A program made the translations under genes and the position numbers. Under the pieces are notes generated by a model. That model was given only the letters and a program-made list of their open reading frames with translations, was not told where the DNA came from and searched no databases. A stretch of DNA of 64,000 bases from Ignavibacteriota bacterium (GTDB lineage Bacteria > Bacteroidota > Ignavibacteria > UBA10030), in NCBI GenBank assembly GCA_963778945.1, contig CAVZWL010000005.1, forward strand, positions 70,544 through 134,543, given 5' to 3'. Positions 18,209-26,108 of this stretch are shown here, piece by piece (within the stretch, counting starts at the first letter, position 1; the number at the start of each line of letters is the position of its first letter).

Positions 18209-18444
18209 TTTTTAAGTAATTTCGATTTTACGTGTATATTGTATCGGTATTGTTTAAAACTATTACTCCAATTCAAGAATTCTTCGGTATCTTCATACCC
18301 TCCCTTTGCGATTTTTCGACTCTTTAGCTCTGCAAGAAGACAACGGCCATAATGCTTATCGTAACCTTTTGCGCAAATAAAGCGAGCTACAGCCTTGCTG
18401 AAAATATCATTGATCATATTTTTTTCTGGAAAATATTTGACCAT
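18205..18444 (-). CDS. small hypothetical protein (79 aa), possibly the C-terminal part of a larger frameshifted gene spanning about 18205-18730
   Basis: Two further minus-strand ORFs of 48-49 codons (about 18587-18730 and about 18430-18580) lie immediately upstream in other frames. All three have protein-like composition. Confidence 0.3.
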   Translation of the reverse strand: MVKYFPEKNMINDIFSKAVARFICAKGYDKHYGRCLLAELKSRKIAKGGYEDTEEFLNWSNSFKQYRYNIHVKSKLLKK

Positions 18445-18851
18445 GTTTAATAATTGTTAGAAGTTCTTCCAAAACGTTGCGTGTAGGTTGTGTATAATCG
18501 GCCTCATCATTATTCTTCCCCATTGCTAAGAGTAATTTATTTTCCAAATCTTTCATTTCAAAACGTAAATTGGCTACTTCAAGAAGAAGTGAAATTGTTA
18601 TTCTTTTGTAGCAATAAGACGAGTTTTTCTAAGGGAACTTCCTTTAACAGATCGTCTATTACTCGTTCAGCAAGTTTCCGATTCTCTGGAGTCATCTTTA
18701 GTGGTTTGTTTGTTTCATTATTCATAATAAAAAATCCCTCTCGTGCCTTAGAACAGACCGAAGGTCTGCCCTCGCTGATGTGCAGCGAACGAGAAGGATT
18801 TTTAAAATTCTTAGTTCACACGTCTAAGGCGGCGTATGACTTGTTGAATAT

Positions 18852-19097
18852 TTAGACTTTTTTAGACTTGTTTTTCCACCTTGCTTTTGCGGCATTTTGT
18901 GCTATTTTTGATCTCTTGGACTTGGAAAGAGATTTAGCACGGGCAACGCCGCCTTTTAGTCCCCCCAGCCGTCCTAACGCAACGGCGGCGGGGTTTCGTG
19001 TATCTTCAATGACGGGTTCAGTGGTTTGCCCGGTCGCAAGGTCAACGATGGACTTTGCAAGCTGGTTTGCATCTCTTGGTCTTTTTGGCTTTTCCAT
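18852..19097 (-). CDS. small basic KGG-motif protein (general-stress/histone-like small protein family)
   Basis: The segment AVALGRLGGLKGGVARAKSLSKSKRSKIAQNAAKARWK matches the widespread KGG-repeat small basic protein pattern. Confidence 0.5.
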   Translation of the reverse strand: MEKPKRPRDANQLAKSIVDLATGQTTEPVIEDTRNPAAVALGRLGGLKGGVARAKSLSKSKRSKIAQNAAKARWKNKSKKV

Positions 19098-19327
19098 GCC
19101 TCAAATATACAAAGGGTTTCTTATCCGGTCAAGCATAATTGGGAAGGTTAAATTTCAAACTGAGACACTACCGGAGAGTCCGGGAAAATCGGCCAACACA
19201 GGCATGACTTTTAACTGCTTGTCAAGTTCGCTCATTTCTTCCACTCTCTACAGGCCGCTCTCAAGAAAGCGATATTCGTGTCGATTCGTCTTTTGCGTAC
19301 CTCTCCCGATCAGTCTTGACTTCTGTG

Positions 19328-19579
19328 TTAGACATCGCTGCTTTTTCCCTTTGCAGTCTGAATGAACTCTATAGGTGCGCCGTTTTCTTCTATAAAAGCA
19401 ACAAGATTACCTTCTGATGGACTATTGGGCGATATGATTACTTTTTTACCCTTGATTGCTTCATACACATCTTCAACTTCGAAGGCGACATGTGGTATCG
19501 TTTTTACAATTTCAGGTAATGGACAATCTTCTTCATATCTCATCCATTCAATTCCATATTCGCTGTCAGTCATAACCAA
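19328..19579 (-). CDS. small VOC/glyoxalase-like domain protein (hypothetical)
   Basis: The 83-aa product contains IPHVAFEVEDV ... beta-alpha-beta-like segments. The call is weak. Confidence 0.35.
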   Translation of the reverse strand: MVMTDSEYGIEWMRYEEDCPLPEIVKTIPHVAFEVEDVYEAIKGKKVIISPNSPSEGNLVAFIEENGAPIEFIQTAKGKSSDV

Positions 19580-19794
19580 AATGGTAAATCTTATAATCCT
19601 TTAAATATACTTCACCCGGTATCGGTTTATTCGTAGGTATGCCGATATGGTGATATTTTGTTTTTATGTTTTGGTTCACCCGGGTTATCTCCTTTTTGCA
19701 AACGGTAGGTGCGGTTTTATTTTTCAACTTTACAATGTGTAAACAATATCCGCTCTTCGCGGTATTGCTCTCGATTTCTTCTGCGGGCGTATTT

Positions 19795-20364
19795 TTAATA
19801 GATCATCGGAATGAATCTCTTCGTTCGGTTTTTATAATTCAAATAATCTTCTCCCATCTGCTCGAGCATAAATCTTTCTTCGACCTTTATTCTATATCCG
19901 TACCCGACAGCAATCGGAATCATCATGAGTACGATGGATAACCAATTCGACATGGAAGCTGAAATTCCAATAAAAATAATGATTTGTCCCAAATATCCCG
20001 GATGTCTTATGCTTTTATACATTCCTGTTTCAATTAATTTATGATTTTCAACTTTTGTCACCGAATATGTAAAGTATTGCCTGAGAGCGAATATCGATCG
20101 TATTCTGATTATGAGCCCGATGATAACCAGTGCCCCGCCAATTGCAAAAAAGGTATCCCAATAATAAACCCTGCCAATTTTTGTCGCACCAATTGAAAAT
20201 GAGAATAAATATCCAGCCGCGATGAGAATGGATAAGAGTTTTAAACTTCCTTTATCTCCTGAATTGGAGACATTGCCTTTCTTCCGTTGTTTGAAACTCA
20301 TAAACAATTCAAAGAATGCGTAAAAGTACGAAAATCCTATAATGATCATCAATTTTATATTCAT
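19795..20364 (-). CDS. isoprenylcysteine carboxyl methyltransferase (ICMT)/phospholipid methyltransferase family membrane protein
   Basis: The protein is multi-pass membrane with the ICMT C-terminal motif ETGMYKSIRHPGYLG...RIKVEERFL. Confidence 0.7.
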   Translation of the reverse strand: MNIKLMIIIGFSYFYAFFELFMSFKQRKKGNVSNSGDKGSLKLLSILIAAGYLFSFSIGATKIGRVYYWDTFFAIGGALVIIGLIIRIRSIFALRQYFTYSVTKVENHKLIETGMYKSIRHPGYLGQIIIFIGISASMSNWLSIVLMMIPIAVGYGYRIKVEERFMLEQMGEDYLNYKNRTKRFIPMIY

Positions 20365-20597
20365 ACCTGCTCCGTTTTTAGCCGTATGTTAAGCATCATC
20401 AGTGGATTTATCCATGCGGTTGGATGCTCTGGATAAGGATCCGATGATTTCCATTCTCATTTTTTAAATGAACCATAGATATACTTCTTCATACATACGA
20501 ACATCCATAATCTAAATATAATGGAAAAAAGTAAACTGTAGACATTGAAGGGCAAATAAATTCTGAGTTCGTAATGAGCTGCTCTGAAATTGAAAAT

Positions 20598-20646
20598 AAC
20601 TGCGAACTAAGCACTAAGAACCAAGAACTTTAAACGTTGAACGATG
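20598..20646. repeat. 7-bp-period array (AACTGCG, AACTAAG, CACTAAG, AACCAAG, AACTTTA, AACGTTG, AACGATG) upstream of ispE
   Basis: Read directly from the sequence; the common unit is AACnnnG. Confidence 0.7.
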
Positions 20647-20806
20647 CGCCGCCCATGGAAACTTTTTTCGGCTTGGATACAATTCTCATGCGTTTCTGCG
20701 AGTTGATTCTCCAATGTTTATACGCTATTTTGCTTAAAATTAGACTCGATCGAGTTTTTATGCTGTGCTTCCGGGCAGCGATTTCTAAGGAAGACCTCGA
20801 GAACCC

Positions 20807-21658
20807 ATGACATTATACGCCTATGCGAAAATCAATATTGGTCTGAATATACTCGGTAAGCGTCCGGACGAATACCACGATTTGGAAACAGTGTTTCATG
20901 AAATCGACCTTTACGACGAAATAACAGTTACACCTGCGGAAAGCGACGGTTTCGAATGCAGCACAGAAGACATTCCAACGGGCGAGGGTAATCTTTGCAT
21001 GCAGGCATTACGGCTCCTCCGGGCAGAACAAAAAAAAGACGGGTGTGTGCATATCGCGCTTATAAAAAACATTCCCATCGGTGCCGGTCTCGGCGGCGGA
21101 AGCAGCGATGCCGCGGCGATTCTGAAAGCCCTGAATAAGCTCTGGAATTTGAATCTGGACGCAGATGTTCTCTGCCAGTACGCGTTGAAGATCGGTTCCG
21201 ACGTTCCGTTTTTTATCCGCGGCGGAAGCGCCTCTGCACGCGGACGCGGAGAAATACTGGAACCGCTGCGGCTCGAAATTCCATTCTGGATCGTTCTTGT
21301 AACTCCGCCGCTCCATGTATCCACAGCGTGGGCATATAGAAATGTAAAAGTTCATAGGAACGGAATTCCAGCCGGAATCAAAACGGAGCTGCCTGGTGCG
21401 CTCAAAGATCCGGTTCTTCTTTCGCGGGTTGTTCAAAACGATTTTGAAGACATCGTCTTTTCGCAATATCCGGCTATTCGGAATATAAAATCCGAATTGC
21501 TGCGCTCCGGTGCATCCTTCGCTTTGATGAGCGGCAGCGGTTCTTCCGTTTTTGGACTTTATGATAACGAGGCAGCAGCCCGGCATGCCGTATGTTCTTT
21601 TCCCAAAGACCATGCCGTTTCGATCACGGCGCCATTTTTCAATGCACAAAATGATTAA
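20807..21658 (+). CDS. ispE: 4-diphosphocytidyl-2-C-methyl-D-erythritol kinase
   Basis: The GHMP kinase motif (PIGAGLGGGSSDAAAIL) and IspE N-terminal pattern (AKINIGLNILGKRPDEYHDLETVF) are present. Confidence 0.85.
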   Translation: MTLYAYAKINIGLNILGKRPDEYHDLETVFHEIDLYDEITVTPAESDGFECSTEDIPTGEGNLCMQALRLLRAEQKKDGCVHIALIKNIPIGAGLGGGSSDAAAILKALNKLWNLNLDADVLCQYALKIGSDVPFFIRGGSASARGRGEILEPLRLEIPFWIVLVTPPLHVSTAWAYRNVKVHRNGIPAGIKTELPGALKDPVLLSRVVQNDFEDIVFSQYPAIRNIKSELLRSGASFALMSGSGSSVFGLYDNEAAARHAVCSFPKDHAVSITAPFFNAQND

Positions 21659-23715
21659 ATATTCCTTTTTCCTTTTTGCATTTCATTGTGTAATGTGCAG
21701 CCCGGTGCAGGCGCAGCCCGTCCATCATGAGATGCCTGTGAAGAGTGCAGCAGCCGACACGTCGCATATTTTTAAAGTCGATTCGATCCGCTCTGCGACG
21801 CATCCTCTTCTTTTAGATTCCTTGCGGAAGGGGCACACAGCCGGGCCCGATTCCCTCCGAAAAGCGCATCAGGATACCGTGCACTTGAAAGATTCGACGG
21901 TCATCAGATTTATTCCCGGCATCGGCAAACTGACCGCTGCAACGGATACCGGCGACGTTCTCTATCGGGATCAGCTTCTCTGGACGGATGCAAAAACTCT
22001 CGGAGATGTGTTCTGGAAGCTCCCCGGATTTTTCTATCGCGGGCTCGGAGAAGCGGGCAAGGTACGGACAATTGAATGCTTACGGTACGGACGACCGGCG
22101 CATCAGCGTGCTTCTGGACGGCCGTCCGATGAACGATCCTATAACAGGAAGATATAACTACAACGACATGCCGCTCGAATTCTTAGACGAAGTAGAAATA
22201 TTATCCGGTTCCGAGAACGGATCAGCATCAAACGACGTTGCGATCAACTTTGTCTCGCGGTCATACAATTCTGTACGTCCGTTTACAAAAATCCGGTTTG
22301 TTCAGGATCCGGAGGAAGATCTTCTGACCGATTTTCTTTATACGCAAAATATTGCACGGGGATTGAATCTGATGGCGGCATTCGACAGGACCGTGACCAA
22401 CGGGAACTATTTCAATGCCGCACTCGATGCATGGAACGTCCGGACCCGTCTGCGGTATAATATTTCCGACCGCGTAAACATTTCTCTCAGCTATTTCTAT
22501 ACAAAAGCAACGAACGGTTTAAATGATGGAGTCATACTTGATGCCAATGCCTACCTTCCGGGGAATGCATCCGTGATTAACCTAAGCACTTTTGATATAC
22601 GTACGCGGCAGGACATTACATTTGCAGCCGCTGCACGGCTTTTGCCCGATTCCGCATCGATGACGAGAGTGAATGTTTTTTATACGAATACAACCCGGGA
22701 ATTTGACAGTTCGGATGTGCCTCATTTCCTGCAGGAAAATTCTGCAGTTATGCAGGGATATGATTTACGCCAGGACCTGCGCCTTCCGCTCACGCGGTGG
22801 AACTTCGGATATCAATGGCAAAAAACAACCGTTGATCCTTCCGTTCAATTGTTGAATGTCCCGAACCAAGTTCAATCCGCTGTTTATGTTCAGGCCTCGG
22901 CAGATTCACTTCCCCTGCTGCATCCGGAATTCGTTGTTCGCCGGGAATGGGTCGGGAGCGAAGAAGGTTCCTTGCTCGGACTGGGTGTGACTGCCGTTCC
23001 GTCGGATTATTTGACTATGTATGCAAAGAGTTCCTGGTACGATCGTTTCCCGAGCATCCAGGAACAGTATTGGGCAGATTCTCTGCTCTTTCGCCCGGCA
23101 TCGTTGAAAAAAGAACGTCATGTTTTTTTACAGGGCGGATTTCTTTTCCATCCTTCCGATAATATTTCGATCAGTCTGGAGGCTTTTCAACGAACTATAA
23201 CCGATGCTATCCTGTATCAGCCGGCGCAGACGATCTACGGTACTTCGGCGCTCAATGTAGTCAATATCGATAAGATCGATGTGCAGGGGATAACCGGAAG
23301 TTTTCGGTGGAAAATAGGAGGATTCGAAGCGTACGGCGTGATGACGCTGTCCAAGTACAAAGAAGCGGACACGTTAAAAACGCTCATGCCGGATGTGATT
23401 CTTTCAGGCGAATTTTCCTATCGCGACCTGTTCTTTGAAAAAGCACTCGACGCAAAATTCGGCCTCCGGTCTATCTTTTACAACCGGGAAAACGGCGAGC
23501 AGCTGGATCCGGAGATGATGGTATATTCGGAATCTCATTCGTTCGTACTCGGACGATGTACAACGGTCGATCTTTTTGCAATTCTCAAAGTCGGCGATGC
23601 GCATCTTTCCGTGACATGGGCAAATATTTTCGGGATTAATTATATCCTCTCGCCGATCTATCCGATGCCCGGCAGGCATTTCCGGCTCGGCGTTCATTGG
23701 AACTTTCTGGATTGA
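21651..23715 (+). CDS. TonB-dependent-receptor-like outer membrane beta-barrel protein with a single-base frameshift at about 22060
   Basis: A signal peptide (MIKYSFFLFAFHCVMCSPVQA) precedes a plug-domain pattern that is split across two frames (FFYRGLGEAG|(K)YGQLNAYGTDDRRISVLLDGRPMNDP). A long beta-rich C-terminal region ends in GVHWNF. The start overlaps the ispE stop (aaATGAttaa). Confidence 0.55.
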
Positions 23716-23716
23716 G

Positions 23717-23883
23717 TAAAAATGGTAAATGGTGAATGGTAAATGGTGAATGGTAAATGGTGAATGGTAAATGGTAAACTGTAAGCTGTAAACTGTAAAC
23801 TGTAAAACCATATAACCGAAGAATTGCTGATCAATACTAAGAACCACGAACCACGAACTACGAACTAAGAACTAAGAACTATT
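23717..23883. repeat. largest 7-bp-period composite array: (GGTAAAT/GGTGAAT)x8 then (TAAACTG/TAAGCTG)x4, a degenerate bridge, then (CGAACCA/CGAACTA/AGAACTA)x6
   Basis: Read directly from the sequence. It lies immediately after the stop of the outer membrane protein gene and upstream of the LOG-family gene. Confidence 0.85.
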
Positions 23884-23925
23884 AAACCGCATCACGGCAG
23901 CACGTTGAACTGAAGCACATTTTAA

Positions 23926-24468
23926 ATGTCTAAAATCATTACAGTTTTTGGAAGTGCACGGCAGGAAGAAAACACGCCGGATTACATGCTTGCATACGAT
24001 CTTGGCAAAGAACTTGCTTCTGCGGGTTTTATTCTTTGCAACGGCGGATTCAGGGGAGTCATGGAAGCTTCGGCGCGTGGTGCGAAAGAAGCCGGCGGTA
24101 AAACAATCGGCGTGACATTCGATATCAGCGGACGGAAACCGAACCCATGGGTCGATGAAATCGTGCACGTTCCACAACTCATCGACCGGATGCTCAAGCT
24201 TATCGAATTGGGAGATGCCTATGTTGTTCTCAAAGGAGGAACCGGAACACTTCTTGAATTTGTTGCGGTATGGGAATATGTCAATAAAGGACTGATGCGG
24301 GAAAAACCGATCGTCCTTATCGGCAATTTCTGGCGCAGAGTCGTAACGACGATGCGCGAAGAACTGTTATGGGAGGGGATCGGCGATTGTACGAAATTGG
24401 TCCGCCATGTTTCTTCACCAAAAGAATGTGTGGAATTATTGCAATTGACAGTGAACAGAAAACTGTAA
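23926..24468 (+). CDS. LOG-family / TIGR00725-type Rossmann-fold nucleotide-binding protein
   Basis: The motifs VFGSAR, GGFRGVMEA and KGGTGTLLEF are present. Confidence 0.75.
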   Translation: MSKIITVFGSARQEENTPDYMLAYDLGKELASAGFILCNGGFRGVMEASARGAKEAGGKTIGVTFDISGRKPNPWVDEIVHVPQLIDRMLKLIELGDAYVVLKGGTGTLLEFVAVWEYVNKGLMREKPIVLIGNFWRRVVTTMREELLWEGIGDCTKLVRHVSSPKECVELLQLTVNRKL

Positions 24469-24520
24469 ACTGTAAACAGGAACCATTCAACAGTAAAACT
24501 AAAGAACTGAACAACCAATC
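24452..24520. repeat. 7-bp-period array (AACTGTA x2, AACAGGA, ACCATTC, AACAGTA, AAACTAA, AGAACTG, AACAACC)
   Basis: Read directly from the sequence. It overlaps the 3' end of the LOG-family gene and the spacer before the cupin gene. Confidence 0.7.
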
Positions 24521-24544
24521 GATAGTAAATATGAAGAGATCATT

Positions 24545-24961
24545 ATGAAAAAACTTTTTCTGATTGCATGCATATCTCTTTTATATGCGCAAACATATGC
24601 ACAATATAATAAAGATGTCGTCGTGGAGCCTCTCTTGAAAACTGACACTACTTCGATCGGTCAAAAAATCAGCTATCCTCATGTTCAAGACGCTGAAGTA
24701 ACGATATTAAAGGTAACCATTCCTCCCGGCAAATCGACGGGCTGGCATAAGCATGAATTTCCTGTCTTTGCATATGTTTTAAAGGGCACATTGACGGTCG
24801 AACTGGAAAACGGGAAAATCATTCAACTCCCGGGAAATTCTTCATTTTCAGAGGTCATCGATACATTTCATAACGGCATCAATAAGGGAACTGAAAATGT
24901 TGTCTTAATAGCTTTTTATATGGGGGAGAAGGGAAAGCCGTTATCGATTCACAAAGAATAA
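24545..24961 (+). CDS. secreted cupin-domain protein
   Basis: A signal peptide (MKKLFLIACISLLYAQTYAQ) is followed by a cupin core (GWHKHEFPVFAYVLKGTLTVE). Confidence 0.65.
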   Translation: MKKLFLIACISLLYAQTYAQYNKDVVVEPLLKTDTTSIGQKISYPHVQDAEVTILKVTIPPGKSTGWHKHEFPVFAYVLKGTLTVELENGKIIQLPGNSSFSEVIDTFHNGINKGTENVVLIAFYMGEKGKPLSIHKE

Positions 24962-25016
24962 TTACGAAGAATCAAGAATTGAGGAGTAAGAACTAAGAAC
25001 TCCGAACTTCTACTCC
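24962..25016. repeat. 7-bp-period array (…AGAATCA, AGAATTG, AGGAGTA, AGAACTA, AGAACTC, CGAACTT…) between the convergent cupin and GT9 genes
   Basis: Read directly from the sequence. Confidence 0.65.
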
Positions 25017-26093
25017 GCATTCTTTCAGCATTTTTTCTACGGCTGTCTTCACTTCTTCCACTTCAATATGCGTTATACAGCGGAATTGATCTTCCTTCCA
25101 CCGGCAGTTAGCATGACGCGGAGAATAATAGAAACAGGGGCTGCATTCCATTTCATGGCGTACCATGAGATAGCGTGATTTCCACGGATAAACGTATGCC
25201 GGGTTCGTAAATGCGAAGATAGTAACAATCGGCACCTGCAATCCCGCAGCCACATGCATAAGTCCCGTATCGTTGCAAAGAAAGAACCTGCACTGCTCTA
25301 TAAGCGCCGCTGTCGTCATAAAGGATGCCTGAACGATAAATCCGCTGTTCATCATGCCGGCATTTATTTTTTCATTGAGAGCCAGTTCATCGGGCCCGCC
25401 GAAGAGAAGTACTGCGGCGCCGTAATTTTCTTTGAGCCAGCGGCCGAGTGCCGAATATTTTTCCGGAGCCCACCGCCGCCGGAGTTGATTCTTAAATTCA
25501 GCAGATCCTGCATGAAAACCGATCAAAAGCGGGCTTTGCGAGAGACCTTTTTGCTGAAGCCACTCTTGCGCGGACTTTCGATCCTCTGCCGTACATTGGA
25601 TACTCAGCGGAGAAACTTCTTCCGCCGGAAGGGCTGGGAGAAGTTTGACCAGCTCGATGTTCTCGATGACGTTGTGCAAAGAGTCGTTTTCTTTGACACG
25701 TTTATTGTTGAGGAAATACAGCGATGCAAAATTGCAATGATTGTATTCATGCCCCAGGCGCAGTTTCGCGCCGATGAGGAAATTGATGATATTGTATTCC
25801 CACCGGTTGGCCGGGTAAACGCTCATGCTGACATTGTACCGTTTTCGAAGTGAAAGGACAAAACGCAGCGAAGAGAGAAGGGGTGAATGAAGGAAATCCT
25901 TTCTGTAAATGGTCTGAACTTCCTTGTTGCGCTGGTAAATCTCTTCCACGCCTTTGAACATACATAACAAATCGATGCGTGCTTCGGGAAACGAAGTTCT
26001 CAGAAGATGCAAGGCCGGAGAGAACATAACAGCATCGCCAATGCCGGAAAACGAAACGATCAAAATTTTATTTATCTTTTGAATATCGGCCAA
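24993..26093 (-). CDS. glycosyltransferase family 9 (LPS heptosyltransferase-like)
   Basis: The N-terminus ILIVSFSGIGDAVMFSPAL and a C-terminal donor-binding region (GPDELAL, GLMHVAAGLQVP) match GT9. Confidence 0.75.
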   Translation of the reverse strand: MADIQKINKILIVSFSGIGDAVMFSPALHLLRTSFPEARIDLLCMFKGVEEIYQRNKEVQTIYRKDFLHSPLLSSLRFVLSLRKRYNVSMSVYPANRWEYNIINFLIGAKLRLGHEYNHCNFASLYFLNNKRVKENDSLHNVIENIELVKLLPALPAEEVSPLSIQCTAEDRKSAQEWLQQKGLSQSPLLIGFHAGSAEFKNQLRRRWAPEKYSALGRWLKENYGAAVLLFGGPDELALNEKINAGMMNSGFIVQASFMTTAALIEQCRFFLCNDTGLMHVAAGLQVPIVTIFAFTNPAYVYPWKSRYLMVRHEMECSPCFYYSPRHANCRWKEDQFRCITHIEVEEVKTAVEKMLKECGVEVRSS

Positions 26094-26108
26094 CGATCCC
26101 TCCGGGAT

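Noticed and set aside
18868-19365. 165-aa + strand ORF
   Set aside because: It overlaps in antisense the KGG-motif small protein gene and its upstream region. It has low complexity and no recognisable motifs.
23404-23847. 147-aa ORF (MVLQFTVYSLQFTIYHSPFTIHHLPFTIY…)
   Set aside because: It is a translation of the 7-bp tandem repeat array and its flanks, not a gene.
23717-23883. Possible CRISPR array
   Set aside because: The repeat unit is 7 nt with no unique spacers and there are no cas genes. These are simple tandem repeats, not CRISPR.
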